DNA from: Lytechinus pictus
Lineage: Eukaryota
Assembly (NCBI RefSeq): GCF_037042905.1
Contig: NC_087251.1
Coordinates: forward strand, 36,520,001 to 36,584,000
Reading direction: 5' to 3'
Length of the DNA stretch: 64,000 nucleotides
Position 1 is the stretch's first letter; the number at the start of each line of letters is the position of its first letter. The translations under genes were made by a program, and so were the position numbers. The notes below the pieces were generated by a model. It was not told the origin of the DNA. It saw only the letters and a list, made by a program, of their open reading frames with translations, and did no database searches. Below are positions 1-10,405 of the stretch, one piece after another.

Positions 1-911
1 GTCAGCGCAGCTACAGCTGAGCGTACAATCATGCCAGCCAATCGATTGGCGTGTCCATACGCTCGGCTGTAGCTGACGGCAATCAAAGAAGAACCTGGCT
101 GATCCCAATCTGTTTGTCATAAAAATTCGCTATTTTCCAGCATATTTTTCGGAAAGGTGGTGAGCTGATTGTATTTGATATAAATTTATCTTTATTATTT
201 CTTCCTTTTTCCCTGTCAAAAAGCTAAATTTAGGAGTAATCAAGAAGGGTGCAAAAGCACACCCTTTCTAAATGTATGATATAGTTGAGCGGCGGTTGTT
301 TGCTCCACCGTTACGAGCCCAACGGCTGTCATCTGATGGTCTGTGTAGGACAAAAAATCAGAAAATGTTGAAAAACTCCTCCAAAACAGCAAATTTATTA
401 GTCTACTCTCCAATACATCATTCCACGAACAAGGTAATATGATATAACAATATATGCATGGGAGACAATCTCTGATATTGGAGACTTTTGTTTTGTGTGT
501 GGATGATCATGAAAACATATTTTGTTTTGTGATTGTGTGTGTGGATGATCACGAAATTCGAAAACATAGATCTTAATTATTTCTGTAATTTGTAAACTCT
601 GTAAGTCTGTTCTTGTGATGGGGTTGCCCCGGGAACCTCGACACGACGTCTTTAGACAGTGTCGAGGTCCTGAACGCTCCCACTCGTTCTCACCGGAGTG
701 CACTGATGCACTAGATTAATCGCTAAATTACAAAAACATGGATGATAAAACGAAACCAAAAATACGACAGTTAGGACTGACCTTACCTAAACAAACTGAG
801 TTCAAGATACGTTCTCCTTAAAATTACGAAAATTCGATGGAATCGTACAACAGAGGATCAATTTTCGGATTTCGTACGAATCGCCATGTTGAATTAAATG
901 AAAAACATGTA

Positions 912-923
912 TGCGCATGCGCA
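912..923. promoter_or_regulatory. NRF1/P3A2-type palindromic site
   Basis: Perfect TGCGCATGCGCA; a YY1-like CAACATGGCG lies on the minus strand at 882-891. Confidence 0.45.
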
Positions 924-1077
924 ACATGAATATTTATAAGATGTCGTCACTGTTAAGGTTAATGAATATGCATTACAAGAAGAGATAAGAAAACTTCGGT
1001 CGAATCACGAACTTGCTTTTCAAATAAATCGCGATTTAGGTATTTCAGTAATGGATATCAATCTTGCTTGCATTTAA

Positions 1078-2014
1078 GGACGTTCCACAGTTAAAGTAAA
1101 ATCCATGTCATTTTCACCAAACTTTGCACATAGATACTTTAGAATCTTAATATTCGAAATATGCAAAAATTAATATAGGTCCATGTGCTTGATTTTTTGC
1201 TATAGAGCTTCAAAGTTCACCCAAATTGATGTTCTTAAGAATTGCGCATTCAAAAGAATTTGGCATTTTTAGACCGCCCAAGATTACTACAAGGAGTTTA
1301 AACCTCTATTACTCAGTCAAAATACATGAAAAAGTCATCAAATTTCGCAAGAGAGTTGATAATTATATCGTTAGAATGGAGAATCTATTCATTGTGCTAT
1401 TTGTTTGCAATTTTAAGTTTAACAGCACTGTCAGTTCTTAAAAATGGCGTAAAAGATAACAAAATCCCAATCTAAAAAATGTAAAATTTCAGTAACAAAC
1501 TACAAACGTACAATAAATGCTGCACTTTATTCAAAATCCATGTCATTTTCACCAAAATGTGCAGAATTGTAAAGGAAGGTTTACCTAAGACGTACAAACA
1601 TAAAAAAATAGGGGTTCATGTGCTTGTTTTTAAACTATCAGCATATTTATTAGAGCAAATGTGCTTTTTAAAACACAAAAAATGCGCCGAATGCTTAGTA
1701 TCTATGTGAAGAAAAAATCAAAACCACTCTACCATTTATTCAAACTCGGGGTAATATTCGTGATTCTTGGCAGCACTGCAAAGTAAAGTATTTTGAAATT
1801 GTAGAGAATATTTTTTTTTAATGGTCCATGGAATAATTCAATTTTTTAGCTTCATGAAATAATGCATCGGATCTGCAGTTAAAGTGCAGAAGATGAGAAA
1901 AATCATCTCATACCCGCAGCTAATTAATCACCTATTCATCCATTGTGACGTCAGCGCGCAGAGTGTAAACTATGCGCAGATCATAATGCGCACAAACATA
2001 ACTGTGGAACGTCC
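1078..2014. mobile_element. Kolobok-like non-autonomous element
   Basis: Perfect 16-bp TIRs ggacgttccacagtta / taactgtggaacgtcc flanked by TTAA (1074-1077, 2015-2018); internal duplication of aaaatccatgtcattttcaccaaa at ~1097 and ~1534. Confidence 0.85.
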
Positions 2015-2210
2015 TTAACATAGAAAAAAAAACATTATTTAAAGAAGAATTCATTTCATTAAAATTATATTTATCTCAATCTGTATATTATGAACAAACA
2101 TGACTGCGTTTACAAAATACATTTTTTTTCAAATTAGAGATGTAATAAGTTAGAATCAAGGTCAATATTGAGTCGACATTGACGTCAGAAACGTAGCTCG
2201 CGTTGCAAAT

Positions 2211-2366
2211 ATGGAGGAACTTGAAGAAGAATTTGCAATAAAATTAAAGGTGCCTCAAAAACAGGCCCTGGAAGAGGCCCAGAGAGGAAACGACAGTCTC
2301 GTGATTCTCCCAACGGGTTACGGAAAGAGCACGTGCTTTGCCCTCCATCACAAACTAATGGAGAAA
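2211..2366 (+). pseudogene. N-terminal fragment of a RecQ-like SF2 helicase, probably transposon-borne
   Basis: LKVPQKQALEEAQRGNDSLVILPTGYGKSTCF gives a Q-motif-like segment plus Walker A; ends at a possible donor aaa|gtaata; no downstream helicase exons seen. Confidence 0.7.
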
Positions 2367-2375
2367 GTAATAAAT

Positions 2376-3075
2376 CACAAAGAACCAGTTTAAACTGGAC
2401 CAGTCTGACCAGTAGAATTTCAACTGGGAACTCGATCTGGAAATTGCAACATTGGTTACTTGTCTTACTGGTTCAGTGCTGCGCGTATATTTGTCCATAT
2501 GAAATTAGACTGGATCAACTAAGCTAGACCAGTCAATTTAAAAAGTTACAAGTTGAAATTCCACTTGTCAAACTGATCTTGAATTACTAACTCGAAATTA
2601 AAGTGGTCTTATTATAATATTAGTCTACTGGAGTTTGTTACTGGTCACAATATTATTACTTGTGTCCTAATCTAGTAGTACTCAACTGGATTCCATACTG
2701 ATCTTTCTTGGTCAAAATGCAACACGTCTTTTTTAATTATTTTTTAAAGAGATTGGGTGGTCCTTTTCAGGACCAACACTTGCCCAAGTAAAGAAAAATA
2801 CGTCATGGCGTACGGTACCGTGAAGCTAATTCTAAATGAGATGGAATAGATGGTTCATAAATTAATCTTTCTGCTCTAATTTGAAATATAGGGCCTATTC
2901 TAAGTCTCTACACATACTTCTTCAGAATATTTTGCATTGTCACTCTAAAGTATGATTTATTGCTTTTAAAAAATGCAAATAACTAAACCACGTAAACAGC
3001 ACCATCCAATTTTGTTAGTACTGGTCCAGTTGAAAATCAAGTGGCCCAATTTATAAATCTACTGGAGTCTACTAG
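2376..3075. mobile_element. Fragmentary CAC-starting repeat with many ccagt/actgg subterminal motifs
   Basis: Begins cacaaagaaccagtttaaactgg; iterated ccag/actgg motifs; right end not defined. Confidence 0.4.
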
Positions 3076-3384
3076 ATAAAATAAAATTATAGAGTACCAA
3101 AGTGATGACGTCACGAAATTTTTCTTCTTCGAATTTGAGTGATTTATAGGCCTAGTTTGGTAGGGCATGATGAAATACCTCCACATCCAAACATGGTGGG
3201 AATCGGTCCGTAGGCATATAGGCTGATAGGGGCTTTAAGACCTAATGAATCCCGTTACATTAGGCCATAAAATTAGGTATACATAATTAGCCCCATTGAA
3301 GTCAATAAATCATTGGACTGGTTCCTAGATTACAAAGGGGCAAATCATGTATTCATATTTCATGAGGTCATATCTAAGGTAAAT

Positions 3385-3765
3385 TTCCAATTCGTCTACT
3401 GCCAACTCGTTCACTTCCCACATGGTCTACCTTAATTTAGTCTAATTAACATTCCATCTAAATTTCGCTCCAACCGTTTATTCCAATCATCACTTCGTCT
3501 TATCACCTGTTCGTTTATGACAATTTCCTCTCATAACCTTTTGGTCTAATATCCATTTTAGTTCCAATAATTTCAACCGATTAACACTTAGTCCAATTAG
3601 ACCAAATGGTTAGGACTAAATGGTTATTGGACCAACTGGTTGTTAGACAAAATGGTGAGTGGACGAAATGGCAATTAGGCCATGTGGGTAGTAGACTGAT
3701 GGCATACCAATGATAGTAGACGATTTGGTAACTGGACGAAATGGCTAGTAGACCAGTCCAAGTGA
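3385..3765. mobile_element. Fold-back MITE built from ~15-bp sub-repeats
   Basis: Left half iterates ttcgtcta/ttggtcta; right half iterates the complements tagacca/tggacga. Confidence 0.65.
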
Positions 3766-3900
3766 AAATAAACGACAAGGCACCATGGACCAATTCCCAC
3801 CAAATTAGTGTTTCAGAGGGATTTCATCGTGCTCTACCAAAATACACATGGTATGAAAAATGCTCGTAAACATACAAACAATGGGAATTGATGTCACACT

Positions 3901-4690
3901 CAGTGGCGTACCGTGGGTCACGGCATTGGGGGGGGGGGGGGTCACCAGCAATTTTTGTTTAGTCAATTAGTGTGCGCGCAGGTATACTGACCTAATAAAG
4001 ACATTTTAAGGACAACGCTACTGAGCGGAAAATTTGTTATATTCAGACCTAAAAGAGGGAGATTTTAAAGACTATATTTTAGGAATCTATGATGAGTATA
4101 AATCTCATCATAGTCATCTAATGCGAGTGCCAAGTGCTTGCTGATTTTGTTATAATTACATCTGAACACATGAAACACTTTTTGTAGTCATTGTAATCAT
4201 GATTATCATATGCATCTCACTAATCAAATATTATGAGCACGAAGCGCGAGCTGAAAATTTAGATAATTCAGACCTGAAATGGGGCATTCTCAGGCTTGTT
4301 TGTAGGAATTCATTAAGACCATACGTATTTCACTGACCAAATGTGGCGAGCGAAAAGCGCGAGCTGAAAAATTTTTATATTCAGATCAGAAAAGGGGACA
4401 TTTTAAGGACTGATTTTAGGACTTCATGGAGAGTAGACAGATCTCAACAATCCAATAATGAAAATCACGGATAGGAACTGTTTTATATTAAGACCATAAC
4501 ATGGGGAAATCACTTAAAGTGGTCATGAAAAAGAAGCATGTGTCACTAAATAAAACAATAATAACCCGAAGTGCGAGGAAATATGTTTGGTGTATATTGA
4601 CTTGATAACAGGGGGGGGGGGATACAGGATTATATATCTCGTTAAATAATAATAGAGTTTTATTTTTTGTTATTTGTGACGTCATATATG
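3901..4690 (-). mobile_element. Truncated inverted copy of the hAT-like element at 18621-19757
   Basis: Starts cagtggcgtaccgtgggtcacggcattgggg, the reverse complement of the 19757 end; shares gcgcgagctgaaaattt internal repeats. Confidence 0.75.
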
Positions 4691-4811
4691 CGAGCATTTC
4701 TCTTTCTTTTTAAAGCAGGTATTTCTGCATTTATTCAAAATTGCAAATTTATAACAATTATTTAAAATCAAACATACATAATGATCAAATTACAACGGTG
4801 ACAATGTAGTT

Positions 4812-4993
4812 GGCGGTGGAAGCCAACAATTTTAGGGGGCACCACATTTTTTTGAAAAGCAAAAAAAAATGACAAGCAAAAAAAAGTTGAAGCAAAAAAA
4901 AAAAAGGTTATCAACAAAAAATTTAGGGGGGTTCGTAACCCCACCTAAAATTTAGGGGGGATACTCCCCCCGCCCCCACTTCCGCTGCCTATG
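4812..4993. mobile_element. Short degraded TIR element
   Basis: Inverted ends ggcggtggaag ... cttccgctgcc. Confidence 0.4.
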
Positions 4994-5098
4994 GTTATAA
5001 GAAGATATAGACATAATTCATGTAAACAATAACAAATGAATTCAAATGCAGAGACCAGCTACCGTAAGCTGAATGCTTGAAAAAATAGCAGCCATATA

Positions 5099-7310
5099 TG
5101 GCTCCACACTAACCCTTTTTTTCTACTGGTCCAACCTATTCATGTCGGACCAGTAGATACCCAGTTTTTCAATTTTTTACTGGTCCGAACCTAAAATCTA
5201 CTGGTCCCAAAAAATAAAGAAAACATTAAAAAAAGGCGTGAGTTTATTTTGCTGTCCTTTCTTGTTACCCCCCCCCCCAAAAAAAAATGAAGGAATGAAT
5301 GAATGAAAGACAAAAAGAAAGAAAGGAAGAAAGAATAAAAGAAAGGAAGGAAGGAAGAAAAAAGCAAAGGTAAAGAAAGGATAGATGTGAAGGAAGGAAA
5401 AAAAGAAAGAACTAAAGAAAGAAAGAAGGAAAGGAAGGAAAGAACAAAAATAAGAAAGAAAGAACGAAAGAAAAAAAGGAAGAAAGAAAGAAAGAAAGAA
5501 AGAAAAAAAAAGAAGGAAAGAAATGATGCAAGCAATAAAGAAAGAAAAAACAAAAGACAGAAAGTAATGAAAAAAGAAAAAGAAAGAAGGAAAGAAGCAA
5601 TAAAACAAGAAAGAAAGGGTAAAAGGAGAGATGGAAAGAAGGAAAAAAGAAAGAATAAAAGAAACGAAGGAAGAAAAAAGTAAATAAAAAATGTGAAGGA
5701 AGGAAAAAAAAAACGAAAGAAGGAAAGGAAGGAAAGAAAGAACAAAAGAAAATAAGAATGAACGAAAGAAGGAAAGAAATGAAGCAAGCAATATAGAAAG
5801 AAAGAACAAAAGACAAAGTAATGAAAGAAAGAAGGAAAGAAGGAATAAAAAAAGAAAGAAAGGGTAAAAGGAGAGATGGAAAGAAGGAAAACAGAAAAAA
5901 AGGATTGAAAGAAGGAAGAAATCAAGAAAAGGGAAAATGATAGAAGATAAAAGGAATGTTGGGAAGGAATAAAGAAGGAAGGAAACAAGCAAGCAATATA
6001 AAAAATAAAAAAAAATGTAAAAGAATAAATGAAAGGAAGAACAAAAAAGAAAGACCAAACTTCAAAGAAAGAAAGGAAAGGAAGCAAGCAGTAAATAAAA
6101 GGAAGAAAGAAAAGGTAAAAGGATAGATTGAACAAAGGGGAAAAAGAAAGAACAAAAGACAAAGAAGAAAGGAAGGAATGAAAGAGAGAAAGGGCTGAAA
6201 GAAGGAATAAAAACAAGAAAGAGTAAAGAAAGGATGGATGGAATGAGGAAAGAAAGAAAGTAACAAAGAATGAAGGAAAGAAAGGGGAAAAGAAGGAAGG
6301 AAATGAAGAAAGAAAGAAGAGATAAATATAGGATGGATGGACTCAAGAATTAAAGAAAGAAGGAAATCAAAAAAGAAAGAAAAAGAAAGAGCATTAGAAA
6401 TAGAGAAAAATATTAACAGGACAGAAAGAATGAAAGAACAAAAGACAAAGAAAAAGGGAAAATTAAAAAAGAAAGACAGTAAAAGAAGAGAGGGAAGAAA
6501 CAAAGAAAGATTGAAAAGAAAGAAGGAAAGAAAGATTGAAAGAAAACAAAGGAAGAAAGCTAAAACTATCATCATAAATAAATTATCAGTTTCTTTTTGG
6601 CTCAATTAAAAAATACTAGTACTAGCTACGAAAGAAACCAAGTGTATCAACACACACACAAATGCATATGTGGGGCTATCATGTATTCAGACGATATCAC
6701 TCGAAACCCGATCTCTTTGAACTAAAACAGAAGTGAAAATTTCTCCTTTTACTGCTTACAAATGACAGAGTTACCCCAATTTTGGCAAATTTTTAGGAAA
6801 TATGGACATTATAAGAGCTTTTCATTAGTGTGAAATGTGAATTTTGACAGTTCTGTGAGAGATTTCTGCCAGAGGTTAGCCAAGCTTCGTTCGTGCAGCC
6901 AGTAGGAAATTTACCATGTGGGCTGTGTGGCTGGCTAGCCACGTGTACACTGTATGTTACCCTATCAAAAATTGCATGCGATTCATTCTGTGTGTGTTCT
7001 GTGTGTGAATGCCAGAATTTAACGGGAGGAAAATGGTTCGCAATTTGAGTCATGGAATATTTTTCATGTTTATGTTGGACTAGCGAATTTGACCATTTCT
7101 GAAAAAAGTTACTGGCCCAACAATAGTTTTTATTACTGTTTATGTCGGACCCATAAATCTTGCTATTTTTGGAAAAATTACTGGCCCGACAATGATATTT
7201 TTTACTGGTCATGTCGGACCAGTAAATCTTGCTATTTCTGAAAATCTACTGGTCCGACAGTGATTTTTACCGGTCTGGGACCGTTGGACCGGCGCTAGTG
7301 TCGAGCCCCT
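5099..7310. mobile_element. Degraded TIR element enclosing a large purine-rich expansion
   Basis: Imperfect inverted ends ggctccacacta / tagtgtcgagccc; tactggtccgac and catgtcggacc subterminal repeats at both 5120-5210 and 7110-7290. Confidence 0.55.
5280..6562 (+). repeat. GAAA/GGAA-rich low-complexity tract
   Basis: About 1.3 kb of almost pure A/G; the source of the spurious F/L/S-rich and K/R/E-rich ORFs. Confidence 0.95.
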
Positions 7311-7311
7311 A

Positions 7312-7400
7312 AAATCAATTCAATAATGGTTTGTTAAAAACATGCCTCGCAGCCAAAGGCTGAATAATTATTTTGTACAACAATTTACAACAATTTACAA
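7312..7400 (-). mobile_element. Possible 3' end of an antisense LINE
   Basis: Minus strand reads tattcagcctttggctgcgagg...ttaacaaaccattattgaattg: a cagcc/ggctg hairpin just before a short tail, resembling CR1-group 3' ends. Confidence 0.35.
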
Positions 7401-7632
7401 CAATAGAATAATACTCAAATACAAACATGAAATGATATCAAATTACTAGTACTTCTTAATATAATACAAGGAAATAGATTATTTGCAAAGAATAGGCTTC
7501 ATCATTTCAAGCGTCAATACAAACCACATAAAATAGGCTATCAAATTATCTTTTTACTCACAAGGTGTATCAATTGTTTTCGATTATGCATATTAAAAAA
7601 AATGTGCGACACCACGTGCATAATCTCTCTCG

Positions 7633-7990
7633 AAAAAAAAAAAGATGATAAAGAAACTAATTTAAATATAGAGACAATAGGTAGAAAAGTAAAGAAAAAA
7701 AGAATAAAAAAGAAAACGAAAGGGAAAAGAAAAGACAAGAAACGAAGAAAAAAGAGCAAAAGTCAAAAAGAAAAGAATGAAACAGTAAAGAAAGGAAAAG
7801 AAAATCAACTACGAAACGAAAAGTAGATGAACAAAATATGAAAATAATAAAAACAAAACGGAAAAGGGGATAAAAAATAAAGAAAGTGAAAAGAAATCAC
7901 GAGGGAGAACTAAGAAATAATATTAGAACACGAGAAAAGAATGAAGAAAAAAATTACATGAAAAGAAGCTAATCGAATAAAAACAAAAGG
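7633..7990 (+). repeat. A/G-rich low-complexity tract
   Basis: Degenerate (GAAA)n. Confidence 0.85.
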
Positions 7991-8307
7991 CCGTTAAAAT
8001 AGTGATTTATTCACTGGCTGCCACGCAGCCAAACCATCGAAAAAGAAATTACGCCACTAAGTTAGACTTATGAATATTCATATTACCCTTTCTCGCATGC
8101 CTCATACGATAGCCTTTTGTCAAAGACTTCTAGTATATTTCTATAGGATCCTCAGTGAATAAACAGGGTGAAATTAATAGGAAGAGCGTATTATAAACGT
8201 ATTATAATCGATTATTATTTTATTTTTTGTTTTTATAAGGATTAGGCTATTATTTTTCTTTTGTTTTTGTTTTCTGCTAGCACGAAGATAAAAATCAATT
8301 TATCTCG

Positions 8308-9612
8308 TTGCCTCGTCAAAAGGCTATATCGATCCTCCATTGCCGCGAAATCAAATTTCGCGGCAAACGAAGACGTGAAGGAAGCTTGGACGTGGAAAAT
8401 ATCACGCCCAGGGCGGAATCTTCGTCAGATAGTACAAGCAACACAACTTTTACGATACACAGTACCCCATCCACAAACAGAAGGGTCAATTTTACTCTGT
8501 ATATTAGCCCAATAGAAAAAAACAAGAATTTCAACAACGTTAATCCCATAGAAATAGCAAGAGCAATTAAATGCGCTTGTCCCAATCCAATTGACAATAT
8601 TATCTCTCTCCCTCATTGCATTATTGTCAAGTGCAAAAACCAAAAGCAAATGACCGCTCTTCAACAAATAACCCAAATTGGCAACATCCCAGTAAAAATA
8701 GAAGAAAAGCGAGCCGGAGTGAAGGGCGTTATTCATGGGGTCTCTACAGCTATCTCAGAAGAGGAAATCAAGCAAGAGCTAAAGACCCAAGGAGTTTCTT
8801 TTGCAAAGAGAATTACTAAGAAAACAAAACAAAATGAAAATGGCCCCATCGAAGAGGTACCCCTCAAAAGTGTGATTCTAACATTCAATAAAACAAATCT
8901 ACCCCAACAAGTAAACTTATGTTTTCAAATTTTCCCAGTTAAGATCTTTGTACCCCGTGCTTCAAGATGCTTCAAATGTCAACGGTTTGGCCACGGCATA
9001 GCTCAATGCAGAGCAAAGATACGTTGTGTAAGGTGCGGAGAAGCACATACTTTTGAGGAATGTCAAAAGAAAGAAGATAGGAAATGTATCAATTGCGGGG
9101 GCAGACATTCTGCAGCATACAATGGCTGCGCTGTGGCTAAAAAGGCACAGAAAATACAACACATAAAAGTAACTAAGAACATAACTTATGCTAACGCCGC
9201 AAAAATGCTCGCTAATGAAGAAAAAACAGCAGAAAATAACTTGACCACGCCTCATAATGTAGACTCTACTAACAAGCACCAAATTGATCCCCTTGTAGCT
9301 CAAACTAAATCCGCCCCTCCGATGGTCCGTCCAAAAGAACCCCTCCCCCAAAAGGCTGCACCACAAACAGAAGTACCAATGGATCTTAATTATGAACATA
9401 CAAAAGAAGAACATAGATACGAGCCTAAAACGGAAGGTAATTTTTTAACAACAGCAGACAATGAACAGATTATAAATTTTATTACCTATCTTATATTCAT
9501 TTTTGTGGAAGGAAAAACAAAGAATGAAGTTTTAGCTCTGGTGGAATCGGTAACTGGACGATTGCTAAGAAGTGGATCTACCCCTACCCCACAGGCAGAA
9601 GGAGGTAGCTAG
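8308..9612 (+). CDS. LINE ORF1, gag-like nucleic-acid-binding protein
   Basis: VKGVIHGV...VILTF...LP region, then knuckles CFKCQRFGHGIAQC, CVRCGEAHTFEEC and CINCGGRHSAAYNGC. No ATG near the N-terminus. Confidence 0.88.
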   Translation: MPRQKAISILHCREIKFRGKRRREGSLDVENITPRAESSSDSTSNTTFTIHSTPSTNRRVNFTLYISPIEKNKNFNNVNPIEIARAIKCACPNPIDNIISLPHCIIVKCKNQKQMTALQQITQIGNIPVKIEEKRAGVKGVIHGVSTAISEEEIKQELKTQGVSFAKRITKKTKQNENGPIEEVPLKSVILTFNKTNLPQQVNLCFQIFPVKIFVPRASRCFKCQRFGHGIAQCRAKIRCVRCGEAHTFEECQKKEDRKCINCGGRHSAAYNGCAVAKKAQKIQHIKVTKNITYANAAKMLANEEKTAENNLTTPHNVDSTNKHQIDPLVAQTKSAPPMVRPKEPLPQKAAPQTEVPMDLNYEHTKEEHRYEPKTEGNFLTTADNEQIINFITYLIFIFVEGKTKNEVLALVESVTGRLLRSGSTPTPQAEGGS

Positions 9613-9625
9613 TTCTTTTCTTATC

Positions 9626-10405
9626 ATGGCGTCCCTAGCAATATTGCAGTGGAACGCACAGGGCCTACACTGCCATGGCAGTGAACTTATTAGATACCTA
9701 AGCAATCCTCACAATTTATTCTATCACATTATTTGCATACAAGAAACTTGGTTCGGGGAAGATCATATTTTTAACATTCCCAATTATACATGTATACCCA
9801 GGAACCGTATGAATCAAAATAGAGGAGGGTGTGCATTTTACATCCACAACACGGTCGACTACTTAACCCCTCATTTTGATAAGGAACATGAAATCCAACA
9901 TATTAAAGTGTATTTTGGCGAGTCCCATATTGGCATAGTCAATTTTTACAATCCATGTAAAAAATTAAATGAAAATATTTTAAATAAATTACTAACTGTA
10001 GCCTGTGGTACTGATAGGTTTCTCATACTAGGAGATTTTAATTCCCATAACAGCCTTTGGGGCAGTGTGAAAAATGATCATAACGGACTTATCATAGAAG
10101 ATTTCATTAATAAACACCATTTAGTTATATTAAACGATCTTTCAGGAACAAGACTTGATCCTCTCTCTGGAAAAATGTCCAATTTGGATCTTAGTTTAAC
10201 TTCCCCAGCTTTATCGAACCGATGCTCCTGGGAGGTCCTCAACAATTCTTTTGGCAGTGATCATTTCCCTATATCGATAGAGCTTTTTATGGATATCTCT
10301 AAAGACAAGACACCGCACCTCGAAAAGATAATTCTACTCATAGGAAATTTTGGTCTTTCAAAAATACAAAATGGGCTGATTTCGCAAAGAAGTGTGAAGA
10401 ATTGA
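9626..10405 (+). CDS. LINE ORF2 N-terminal part: apurinic-like endonuclease
   Basis: MASLAILQWNAQGL, ICIQETW, RGGCAFYI, NFYNP, LGDFNSH...WGS, LDLSL, GSDHFPI; ATG 14 nt after the ORF1 stop. Confidence 0.9.
   Translation: MASLAILQWNAQGLHCHGSELIRYLSNPHNLFYHIICIQETWFGEDHIFNIPNYTCIPRNRMNQNRGGCAFYIHNTVDYLTPHFDKEHEIQHIKVYFGESHIGIVNFYNPCKKLNENILNKLLTVACGTDRFLILGDFNSHNSLWGSVKNDHNGLIIEDFINKHHLVILNDLSGTRLDPLSGKMSNLDLSLTSPALSNRCSWEVLNNSFGSDHFPISIELFMDISKDKTPHLEKIILLIGNFGLSKIQNGLISQRSVKN

Noticed and set aside
5191..6609. Long F/L/S-rich and K/R/E-rich ORFs (up to 341 aa)
   Set aside because: Artefacts of the purine-rich low-complexity tract; open in several frames on both strands.
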